DNA of 64,000 nt, taken from NCBI GenBank assembly GCA_000146465.1, contig CP001948.1; one strand, written 5' to 3'. Made by a program: the position numbers and the translations under genes. A model generated the notes under the pieces. That model was not told the origin of the DNA and did not search any database. It saw only the letters and a list, made by a program, of their open reading frames with translations. Shown here piece after piece: positions 49,160 to 58,163 of the stretch (position 1 is the first letter of the stretch; the number at the start of each line of letters is the position of its first letter).

Positions 49160-50701
49160 CTACCCTCTCTTTGGATTCTCAGGAAGAAGCTTAATATACC
49201 CTCTTCTATTAGTATTAAGGTGAAGCTCCTTGGATCTCGAAGGATTTAGATAAAACATCCGAATGGCCTGTCCAACTTTGATGTCTGGGGAAGGATTCCA
49301 CCATGTCACTGTGCATTCTCCGCTACTATCTCTGACCAGTAGCTTGGTATACATAGTGATCCTTACATCATGCGACGAAAAGACTCTTTCTGCTTTCCTT
49401 GCGAGATCTTCTATTCTATCCAGTTCGGGTTCGAGATCATCAGTTGTATTGCTATAATTCTCCACTTTTACAAAATACTTTGTTTCGATGATCTTTATAA
49501 CAACCCCTTCAATGCAGCAGACAGGGCCTCCATTGCTAAGGATTTCCGATATCTTAAGTCTGAACCCTATTCTTTTTCTATATCCAAGTCTTCTCTTGGA
49601 ATGGACTACTCGGACTCCATTGTAATGCAGCTTAAGACGGACATTCTCACAATCAAAAATGGATATTGGCGTGCTTCCCTCAAGATCTGCCCCAAAGACC
49701 TTAAGTCTAAATCCAACTCGGATCTCCTTCTTTTCTATCTTTTTTTGGAGAGCCTCGTCATATGATGCATAGAGACTGTGATATCCATCAAATACCTCAA
49801 TCTTTTCTCCATCTATTCCAACAACCAAGAGGATCATATATCTCCAAGGGACATCGTCCCCCTCCAGAATTCTCCGAAGTACAGAATACTCATTCTCTAG
49901 TCTTATCCTAACCTGCTCTTCTATTCTATCTACAAAATCATTAAACTCCAGCCGTCTCCTCCCAAGGAAAAAATAAATCCACGCCCATGTAAACTGAGCA
50001 AAAACTCGGTTCGTATCTTCTGCAGGAAACCTCTTTTTCATCTCCCTATAAACCCTCTCAGGATCTATTTCTACTTCTTCCCTCTCCACTCTTCGAGATA
50101 AATTGTCCTGCGCTTCTCCATTTGTATCTACTTTTTCCATTCCATCTTCGAATATTTTATATGCTGAGCGAATACTCTCCCTTCGCACCTGGATCTTCTT
50201 TTTAGATCCTGTTGTAAACCCTGAAAACATCATATCTTCATTGGTGTTCCCTCCTTCGCCAAGATCTATATCCAAGATATGATCAGAATCCAAAGATAAG
50301 CGCTTTTGAGGAAAAGTATTGGGATTGTTTTCATCAGTGCTTGTTACACCGATGCTGTTTGTAGAATTAGCATTCATGGCTTTGCATCCATCTTCAGGAC
50401 TCTCAGGAATCCGAGATGAGTCCGAGTTGAAGTCGTAGAATGTTTGATTTTCCTGTTCTAAGGACTCGGATACATCGGGTTCCTCCCCTGCAGTGTTATC
50501 TTTACGGCAAGCATTGTCTGAGCTAAAAAAAATCATATCATCACAACTTACTTGGATTGAATCAAGGACGCTGAAAGAGTCTTCTGTCTCTTCTTCGCTG
50601 TTGCTACTGCTTTGGAAGAAACTTTCAAATTCAACCTCCGAGCCTGCATCCATGGGCAGAATGCAGGAGGGATGCTGTCGGAATAAAATACAAAATAACA
50701 A
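49160..50701 (-). CDS. BRCA2 homologue (minimal: one BRC repeat + helical domain + OB1)
   Basis: BRC repeat [28 protein letters not shown] matches BRC4 [26 protein letters not shown]. The DNA-binding domain blocks align in order with human BRCA2 helical domain and OB1: [30 protein letters not shown] matches [79 protein letters not shown] matches [64 protein letters not shown] matches [21 protein letters not shown]; and [16 protein letters not shown] matches SDGGNVGCVDVIIQR. Confidence 0.8.
   Translation of the reverse strand: [513 protein letters not shown]
50144..50230 (-). other. BRC repeat (RAD51-binding motif) within the BRCA2-like CDS
   Basis: [28 protein letters not shown] follows the FxTASGK...ESL...LF consensus. 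Confidence 0.7.
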
Positions 50702-50702
50702 T

Positions 50703-53393
50703 TTATTCTGTTCTCAATCCGAACAGATTGTTTCTATCGTTGTTCACTAGAAACCAAACAGTTTTGAAGAAGTGTTCGGGAAGGATGAGGGATGAGTTTG
50801 ACTTGGCTGTGTTTGGGTCGTTGTAGTATGATTCCTTCTCAATCTCCTTGGTATCCTTGATTCCTAGCTCAGACAGCGGAAGAATATCGACATCTGGCCC
50901 TCCTCCCATTTCAGACCAGCTTTCTAGAAGATTGACTCTTTCCACAAGAACCCTCTCTGTAAAGGTGTCCAAATACTCCTCTTCCTTGATGTTTAGAGGA
51001 TAGAAGTGGCAGGACTTGTAGAACATCTTCTTAAGGCTACTGCGGAATATAAATGTGATCAGAATAATGGGAAGAAGAAACATCGAGAGGTAAAATCTCT
51101 TGTCCGAAGACATCTTTGCAAAGGTTGCCACCTGGAAAAATATAAGCGAAAACATTATGTTCTGGCATGCAGAGTCCCAATATCCCCCTCCGGACTCATA
51201 CTGGTTTCTAGAAGCATACAAAAACTCCGACTTAAACGTTAAGTAGTTGCATAAGTAGAAAAACGCTCCGAGTAGAAGGATTGGCGGGCATATGACTGCG
51301 TAGACAATAGACATCGAAAATACAGTCAGACACGACGGGAATATGGTCCCGAAGTCAAATGGAGGAGAGAACTCGGCATCGAATCTTTCCCTCCTTGTCT
51401 TTCTCCCCGTAAATGGAAAGATAATGTAATTTATCAGCAACGGAGCAGGCTTCAGCAGTGTTAATGCAGTTCCCACTAAGGTCCTTTGGATAATTGTATT
51501 TGCGAAAAATACAGACGATTCTAGGGACTCATTACTGAACGCCTTGATGACATTGTATATTCTTTCATTTCGGAACAGAACATCTGCAAAGAGCCTATAG
51601 AAGCTTGATGCAAAGAACACCGAGACAAACCCGTTGAAGAACAGGAAGTTGGAGAGTTTGTCCATCAGCTTCTGTTGGAAAGTTGAGTATGAGTAGATTC
51701 CTTCCATGTTCACAAGTGCGGTTATGATCGTAGGGACAAACACCATCATGGAGTTGTAAATAAGTGGGAATAAGATTCCTCGCAAGGAGTCGGTGATAGT
51801 CTCATGCTTGTCCAGAAACGAGGATATAAGCTTGTTTTCTCTAAACATCTCGGTGCTTACTAGCAAAGTAACAATGTTGGCAACTATCGACGAGAATAGG
51901 ATGATAAAAAGAATGAAAAACACCGCCCCAAAGACACTGTACATGTAGTTTTCGACCTCGCTGTTTGTTATGTTCTCCCAGATGACGTCGTTCGGTGCCG
52001 GGGCATCTTCCGATGCGACCGAAAATATTCTTGATCCTATTTGTGACTGCTTCACTATATTTGCACTTCTCTGGTCCTTGAACGTAACAAATCCTCTTTT
52101 GGTTTTTGAGGGGAGGTCTAGAGTAAAGTACATCTTGTAGTTGCTGTAATTGAGTATGTGATGAAACGAAAAGAAGCTTGCATCCTGCGATATGTCACCT
52201 TGCAGGAAAAGAGTGTTATTGTGTGAAACTAGCTCGACAATCCTAACGTCCTTATTCCTTGCTTCCTCATTTTTTATGATCTCCTTTTCCTTGCTAATTC
52301 TGCCATTCACGTTATTCAGTTTTTCCAAATAGAAGTTTACCTTTGGGATATCTTCCTTGAGTGTGTTTTCGAACTGCTTGGCTCCGTCCAAAAATAGAAC
52401 AATAAGTTGTCTCTTCTGTGAAGAATCAAAAACACCCTCTATGTTGGCCTCCTCAACAGTTTTGAGGATGCTCTCTTTAAATCCAGATATACTTTCTGCA
52501 CATGCTTCCTGATTCTTTTCCGACCAGTCTTGCATCTTTGCAAACTTTTCATTGATTTCTTTCTCGATGTTATAGATGTAGCTGTCCTTCTCACTATAAA
52601 GACTCTGCAAAGTATTGGTATCATATACGAGTACACAGTCATCAATCTCTCCAACTCCGAGGGAATCAATAAACTCAAAGAGATCTATATCGTTATTCAC
52701 ATAGCTTGGTAGTCTCGAGAGAATTAGCGTTCTGTTTGGAAGGTTGACATACTCTGTAGACTTCTCGGCACTTCCAAGGTTGTTTGAGAGTCTCTTCAGT
52801 GTTATTATGGACGTCATTATTGCTGGGTTGCGTAGATATGCTTGCCTTAGAACGATATATCTTTTGTAGTATATAAAGATAGAGTACATTATAAAGGCAG
52901 ATATAAGGTACACAACAGGTATTATGAATCCATAACTTTCGGACTTTGGGTCCAAGCTTCCTAGAGAAAGTCTAACAAGCCATTGATCAGAATTCTCGAC
53001 GTTCTCCCGCTGGTTTGTCCAGAACAAATATCCCAGAGATGGGATAACAAAGAAAGATAGGACAAAGAGAATTCTGTACAGCATCTTCAATGTCTGCAGC
53101 ATCATAAATGCATCTAATCCTATGATTGATAAGAGTATTGTGTCGCTTACCGTCACAACAGGAATGATCCAGCTAAGAAACCCGGTGTAGTTATAGCACG
53201 GATGGCAAGGTCTGTCTTTGACGTTGGGTGAATAAAGCCATCTTGCCCTCTTTCTGAAGATGATGTACACTATTAGGATACAGACTGTGATAAATCCCTG
53301 GGACACTATGTTTGTCAACACAGCATTGTCAGCCCCCTTCAGAGGAGGCTTTTCTACTGCCTTCCCCATGTTTTCCTTGTCAGCATCGGCCAT
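50703..53393 (-). CDS. CSC1/OSCA/TMEM63-family calcium-permeable stress-gated cation channel (DUF221 / RSN1_7TM)
   Basis: N-terminal TM FITVCILIVYIIFRKRARWLYSPN, then FLSWIIPVVTVSDTILLSIIGLDAFMMLQTLKM (the family's conserved f.sWi...d.e.l...GlDa..fLrfl block). A cytosolic middle domain follows. The C-terminal multi-pass region contains many aromatic or Gly TM helices. Confidence 0.7.
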   Translation of the reverse strand: MADADKENMGKAVEKPPLKGADNAVLTNIVSQGFITVCILIVYIIFRKRARWLYSPNVKDRPCHPCYNYTGFLSWIIPVVTVSDTILLSIIGLDAFMMLQTLKMLYRILFVLSFFVIPSLGYLFWTNQRENVENSDQWLVRLSLGSLDPKSESYGFIIPVVYLISAFIMYSIFIYYKRYIVLRQAYLRNPAIMTSIITLKRLSNNLGSAEKSTEYVNLPNRTLILSRLPSYVNNDIDLFEFIDSLGVGEIDDCVLVYDTNTLQSLYSEKDSYIYNIEKEINEKFAKMQDWSEKNQEACAESISGFKESILKTVEEANIEGVFDSSQKRQLIVLFLDGAKQFENTLKEDIPKVNFYLEKLNNVNGRISKEKEIIKNEEARNKDVRIVELVSHNNTLFLQGDISQDASFFSFHHILNYSNYKMYFTLDLPSKTKRGFVTFKDQRSANIVKQSQIGSRIFSVASEDAPAPNDVIWENITNSEVENYMYSVFGAVFFILFIILFSSIVANIVTLLVSTEMFRENKLISSFLDKHETITDSLRGILFPLIYNSMMVFVPTIITALVNMEGIYSYSTFQQKLMDKLSNFLFFNGFVSVFFASSFYRLFADVLFRNERIYNVIKAFSNESLESSVFFANTIIQRTLVGTALTLLKPAPLLINYIIFPFTGRKTRRERFDAEFSPPFDFGTIFPSCLTVFSMSIVYAVICPPILLLGAFFYLCNYLTFKSEFLYASRNQYESGGGYWDSACQNIMFSLIFFQVATFAKMSSDKRFYLSMFLLPIILITFIFRSSLKKMFYKSCHFYPLNIKEEEYLDTFTERVLVERVNLLESWSEMGGGPDVDILPLSELGIKDTKEIEKESYYNDPNTAKSNSSLILPEHFFKTVWFLVNNDRNNLFGLRTE

Positions 53394-53578
53394 CCTTGCT
53401 TAGGGACTAAAAATTTTATCTTTGTAGCAACCAATAAAAATATACACACATCCGTTTGCCAGTGAAAGTCTTCTCTTAAGGAGAACCTTCCCATCCATTT
53501 GGATGCACTGTTTTTATGATACAAAATAAAGATGGGTGTTGGGGTCGTTTTAATCCGAAGGGCCTGTGAGGGTAAATA

Positions 53579-53872
53579 ATGCGGATGAAATTTGTGGCAG
53601 AGAAGTCAACGAGTCTTCAAGATGTCGAAGACGAGAAGCAAGCTAATGTTGCCACTTTAAGAGAGAACGAGAAGATCTTGATTCTGTCCGTTGAAGAGGA
53701 GATTGCTCTGAACAAACAAAATATTGGAAACGATGTATATTATGGTGCGAAAAGGGCGTTTTTGTCGGGGGGAAAGAAAAAGCTGGATGAGAAACTTGTA
53801 TCCCTTGGCCTGGACGATGAACAACAACTAATAGTGTCTAACTTGATAATGAGTAAAGAAATAAAAAGATGA
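53579..53872 (+). CDS. hypothetical small protein (97 aa)
   Basis: ORF in an otherwise empty 500-bp interval. I recognise no family. Confidence 0.25.
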   Translation: MRMKFVAEKSTSLQDVEDEKQANVATLRENEKILILSVEEEIALNKQNIGNDVYYGAKRAFLSGGKKKLDEKLVSLGLDDEQQLIVSNLIMSKEIKR

Positions 53873-53924
53873 GCTTTGGTTTTTTAATCACAGGCAATGG
53901 TGAAAACACACCCCTATCTATAAT

Positions 53925-54287
53925 CTACTGGAGAGCCTCTTTAATTTTCTCCTCTAGACGCAAGGACTCGGATCCCTTTGGCAAGTAAATGGTGCATGCA
54001 GCAATTGGCCTATGGATTCCGCATGCTACACCCAGGGCACTCTTGGAAGGAATGTGAACAAAGGGAACACCCTTATCTTCACATATTATGGGCAGAAAGG
54101 CCGTTATTTCCTGCGGCTCTGCATCACATGCTATGACAACAAGGAGGGCGGTCCCCTTATTAAGACACTTTGTCGACTCATTTATGCCTTTTCTAACGTT
54201 CTTTGATCTTGTGGCTCCTTGGATTAGCTTCAGTATGTTCTGTACTTTTGAGTCGGAGACCGGAGAGTATGTCTGGGTCATTGTCAT
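53925..54287 (-). CDS. SNU13: L7Ae-family RNA-binding protein Snu13 (15.5K; U4 snRNP and box C/D snoRNP component)
   Basis: Colinear with SNU13/NHP2L1 over the full length: KNVRKGINESTKCLNKGTALLVVIACDAEPQEITAFLPIICEDKGVPFVHIPSKSALGVACGIHRPIAAC aligns with [70 protein letters not shown]. Confidence 0.8.
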   Translation of the reverse strand: MTMTQTYSPVSDSKVQNILKLIQGATRSKNVRKGINESTKCLNKGTALLVVIACDAEPQEITAFLPIICEDKGVPFVHIPSKSALGVACGIHRPIAACTIYLPKGSESLRLEEKIKEALQ

Positions 54288-54323
54288 TGAAGGGGCAAAA
54301 ATTTTGGTGTTTAGAGCCCTTGG

Positions 54324-54710
54324 ATGAATATCAAGTCTAAGTATGACAAGGTGGTGAAAGCTCTATCTATCCGCCAGGTAGATCTATGGGCTGTGCCGAA
54401 GCTGATGACTCCTCTTGAAAACAGCTTTCAGACCGAAGCCATTGGAGACGAAGAGATCTGTATTGTACCCAAGGAAGCCAATTTCCAGCTCCCTAATATC
54501 TTCCTGAGGACCAGGCTGAATCCCGAATGCCAGAAGCTGATCGACAGTAGCAAGAGTAGTGAAAACTGGAACGACATTATCGAAGGGGTGATAGAAATGC
54601 TTGAGGAGGCCGACCTAACTACGGGTGAACACAGCCCTACAACTAGAAAATGCCCTGTGGATCAGGACACCCTGAACAAACTGGTATTTGAGAGATATGG
54701 GCACATCTGA
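54324..54710 (+). CDS. hypothetical protein (128 aa)
   Basis: ORF only. Confidence 0.25.
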   Translation: MNIKSKYDKVVKALSIRQVDLWAVPKLMTPLENSFQTEAIGDEEICIVPKEANFQLPNIFLRTRLNPECQKLIDSSKSSENWNDIIEGVIEMLEEADLTTGEHSPTTRKCPVDQDTLNKLVFERYGHI

Positions 54711-54899
54711 TTGGAAGAGATGATAGACATACTATTTATATATGTTTGGACTCCATTGGATGAATTAGGGATATCAGCTTAAACCTATTGGTGGGAAGCA
54801 ATACTTCATTTGTCCTTATGATTAGATTGCTTGGTCGAGCAATCACTTTCGATGATGGATACATTTTAAAGATATAAAGACAAACAGTCCATCGTCTAC

Positions 54900-56246
54900 A
54901 TGAACCTTACAGTAGAGGAACCTTCGAAGGTAATAAAAATGAGGGTGAATGGAGGTAAACACCATAAGGAGCCGAGATACAAAAAAACGGTTTCTGGGGA
55001 AGAAGGGGAACTTTATCCGTCTATCTATGGCCAGAAATCCGAGGAAAAAAGGGTTCTTCAGAAAAGGGCTCTTTTTGAGTTGTATGATGATGAGAATTGT
55101 CCAGATGGAGCGATGTTCAATACAAAGGAGGTTTCTATTGATTTCTTTGATTTGAATCCGATGAAAAGGAAACAGCAAAAAGAAGGAAATCCCAAGAGTG
55201 GCGGAGTTAGAGAAGTGGAAAACCCATGGGGTGGGAAGGACAAGGGTATGATACTGGAAAGGAGCTTTATAGAGAGTATGCTAGAAAACGACATCCGGGT
55301 CAAAGATATAAAGTATGGAGAGGACCTTGTATTTATATATTTTTTCACAGTGGAAGATTCTATATCGTTTTACAAGCAGTTCTTACCATATGCAGAAGTA
55401 CACTTCTCCGAAGCATATGACTTTGAGCAAGCTTTATCTCTTTCTTCAGAGGAATGGGCCAGTATTGCACTACTGAACATGTGTTGCGATTCTTCAAAGA
55501 TCAAGGAAAACTCTGTTCAGCCTCCAGATGAAAAAATACATTTGGAAACAAGCAATGCATTAGAAAATGGATTCCAAGCAGATGAACGGAGTGAAAGCAT
55601 AAAAGATGAGGAGACATCCTTATTTAGATGCACGGGATTTGGTAGTAGCGGATGGGACTGTGAGTTGTCCCAAGAAGAAATCTTCACAAGAAAAATTGAG
55701 CACTTCACACATCTCAGGAATTTCTTCTCGAAGAGCGAGGTAAAAGCCATGTCCCAGAGCTTGGAGATGGGAAATGTTGATTTTGTGTTTAAAAACACCA
55801 AAGAACTGGCCGTTGGAAACCAGTCAAACAAGGTGATGCAGGAGGCAATAGGCCTTCTCCCCGAGACTGGAATTGCTCGAATTATTCAGAATCTTGGACA
55901 TGACATTGCTCCTATAGCAGCAAACAAGCATGGAGCATATACTATCCAGATGCTGATTTCGATGTCAAAGACATCGCTAACCCAGAATCTACTATCGAAA
56001 TACTTTAGGAGGTTTGGAGAGTTCTTAATAACCCATGAGATCGGGAACTATACTATCCAGAAGATACTTAGGTTTGATGCGAATCTTGTATTTGAGCTTT
56101 TTATCTCAAGAATCGGAGATGTCGTAAAAAACGAGCTTGGTATAAAGGTTTTGAAGAGATGTATAGAGTTCTTTCCCGATAAAAAAGGCTTCTTGGCCCA
56201 AAAGGCTAAAGAGCATGGAAAGAACTTGACCACTCTGCTATTTTAG
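54900..56246 (+). CDS. Pumilio-family (PUF repeat) RNA-binding protein
   Basis: The C-terminal half carries repeated PUF-like units KHGAYTIQMLI, HEIGNYTIQKIL and NELGIKVLKRCIE, which match the ...G..VIQ.../...GNYVIQ... repeat signature. The N-terminal part is acidic. Confidence 0.5.
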   Translation: MNLTVEEPSKVIKMRVNGGKHHKEPRYKKTVSGEEGELYPSIYGQKSEEKRVLQKRALFELYDDENCPDGAMFNTKEVSIDFFDLNPMKRKQQKEGNPKSGGVREVENPWGGKDKGMILERSFIESMLENDIRVKDIKYGEDLVFIYFFTVEDSISFYKQFLPYAEVHFSEAYDFEQALSLSSEEWASIALLNMCCDSSKIKENSVQPPDEKIHLETSNALENGFQADERSESIKDEETSLFRCTGFGSSGWDCELSQEEIFTRKIEHFTHLRNFFSKSEVKAMSQSLEMGNVDFVFKNTKELAVGNQSNKVMQEAIGLLPETGIARIIQNLGHDIAPIAANKHGAYTIQMLISMSKTSLTQNLLSKYFRRFGEFLITHEIGNYTIQKILRFDANLVFELFISRIGDVVKNELGIKVLKRCIEFFPDKKGFLAQKAKEHGKNLTTLLF

Positions 56247-56259
56247 GATTGTATTAAAT

Positions 56260-57948
56260 TTATTTTTCATATTCAACCAGTCCAACCTTTGCCTTCAAAT
56301 CGGAAATCACTTTGTTATGGTAGGCTTCGTCAACAAATACTCTACAGGGATCAAATTCCACAAGGGGTTTTGTGCCTAGTGTTGTTTCTAGAAGTAGGAT
56401 TGCCCCATACACATCATTTTCCGATGGTTTTCCGGAATTCAGCAGCTTGGAATGTGCTTCTGTAAGCCTTGCAAGGCTCTCTAGCATTCTAACGGTGTTG
56501 AATTCATTAGCTCCCTCGGCTTTTCTTTTATAGTGGTAGTAGCTCATCAGAACAGAGTTAAGGCTGTCGGGAATGACTGTACTTTTTTTTCTTACAGTTC
56601 CTATGTAGCTCTTTAAAATCCCACTGCCCCAGTACTTTGTTTCTTGTTTCTTCTCGGAAAGTCTCTTCTCAGGATTTCTACCAAGGATCTTATCTACAAT
56701 CATCAAGTCATTACTGTGGCTATTCCCATCAAATAATCCAAAAATAAGATCAAACCTGCTGGCTAAGGGGGTTGCAATCATGGTGTTTTCCGAGACACTT
56801 TTGTCAAAGTTGTATTTATGTCTCGTGTTCACCACTGCAATGACAGAACATCTGGTATTCAATGAAGAAACAATCCCTGCCTTTGCTATGCTGAGTGTTT
56901 GCTGCTCCATTGCTTCCAGAAGTCCGTTTTTTTCATTAACCTTAAGTTTGTTAAACTCATCTATACAGCAAATCCCTGTATCTGCAAGTACTAGAGCCCC
57001 TGCTTCCAGAACCCACTCTTTTCCTTGCCTCACTGCACATGCCGTGAGCCCAGCTTGCGAGGTTCCTACTCCATTGGTCAGAACTGCTGGGGACAGAAGC
57101 TTAGTGCATGTCTTGAGGAGATGGGATTTTCCCGTCCCAGAATCTCCAACCAAGAGTACATGGGAATTTGACCTTGTACATCCCTTTTGCTCTTCATGGA
57201 ATCCGCTTACAAGAGCCAGCAGAAGTCCAAGCTTGACATTCTCGAGTCCTTGTATCTCCTCTCCAAATGAATTAATAAGAAACAGTCTTCTTTGGAAGCA
57301 TTCAAGCCCATCCAATCTGCTTATAAATGCTCTTCCAAGTGGGTCTCCCATAGATTCATCGTCTTGCTTATGAACTGCAAGTGCATGCATGTATATGGAG
57401 CTTGCCATTGGTTCCCCTATCTTGAATGGCTTCCATCTCACAAGAATTACTCCTGTTACAAGTATCTTATCTCCGGGAAAAAACTTTCCTGCAAGATCCT
57501 CCTCGAGAACAACTTCTAGCGTCTCCGACATTGAGTTGGGATTTCCTATGTCCTGGATCCTTATCTTTTGACTCGGAATGGCCTCCCCAAAGCACCTTCG
57601 ATCCTTCAGAAGAGACGATCCACAGGATTCACACAGCATTTTACCCTTTCTTTTTCCCGAAGAGCATTGGTATGCCTTAGAATTGCACTTCAGACACACC
57701 AACTCACTCGTGACATTTCTTATCAAAGTTTCATAGGCTCGGATAAGTGTTCCACTCACAGTGATGATCCGATTGATGTTCTTGCTGTAGCATGCTTTAT
57801 CTGTGAACAATGCATATGGAATCCCTTTAAGAGTCCTCTTGTATATGTAGTGATGGGCAGAAACCTCCAGTGCAATACTATTTGCCAATTCTGGATTCTT
57901 CGAGCAAAGTTCAATTAAGTCGAGTTCCTTTTCCTCTTCCAAAACCAT
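56260..57948 (-). CDS. MCM9: MCM9-like DNA helicase (MCM-family AAA+ ATPase with N-terminal zinc finger; short, 562 aa)
   Basis: N-terminus ITVSGTLIRAYETLIRN...CLKCNSKAY...SQKIRIQDIGNPNSMSETLEVVLEEDLAGKFFPGDKILVTGVILVRWKPF aligns with MCM9 LSVTGTVIRTSLVKVLE...CNKCKHVF...[53 protein letters not shown]. Walker A LLVGDSGTGKSHLLK (G rather than A, as in MCM8/9). TNGVGTSQAGLT matches TTGIGSTSAGLT. EAGALVLADTGICCIDEFNKLK...LEAMEQQTLSIAKAGIV and arginine finger SRFDLIF are present. Confidence 0.8.
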   Translation of the reverse strand: MVLEEEKELDLIELCSKNPELANSIALEVSAHHYIYKRTLKGIPYALFTDKACYSKNINRIITVSGTLIRAYETLIRNVTSELVCLKCNSKAYQCSSGKRKGKMLCESCGSSLLKDRRCFGEAIPSQKIRIQDIGNPNSMSETLEVVLEEDLAGKFFPGDKILVTGVILVRWKPFKIGEPMASSIYMHALAVHKQDDESMGDPLGRAFISRLDGLECFQRRLFLINSFGEEIQGLENVKLGLLLALVSGFHEEQKGCTRSNSHVLLVGDSGTGKSHLLKTCTKLLSPAVLTNGVGTSQAGLTACAVRQGKEWVLEAGALVLADTGICCIDEFNKLKVNEKNGLLEAMEQQTLSIAKAGIVSSLNTRCSVIAVVNTRHKYNFDKSVSENTMIATPLASRFDLIFGLFDGNSHSNDLMIVDKILGRNPEKRLSEKKQETKYWGSGILKSYIGTVRKKSTVIPDSLNSVLMSYYHYKRKAEGANEFNTVRMLESLARLTEAHSKLLNSGKPSENDVYGAILLLETTLGTKPLVEFDPCRVFVDEAYHNKVISDLKAKVGLVEYEK

Positions 57949-58163
57949 ATCCCCACAAGCTCTTTCGCTCTTTCAACAACAAAATTTTAAGGCTTCCCTA
58001 AAGAGAGAGGAGGAGCTACATCTCCTTGTGGACAAAGAGTAGATTTACTTTGGATCCCAGAAAAACCCGCAGGCCTAAATAAGGAGAAAACACAAAAAGG
58101 GGAAAAGGAGTTAACTCCAATTGATGAATTCAAGCATAAAACAAAATAGACAGAGAATAGTCA

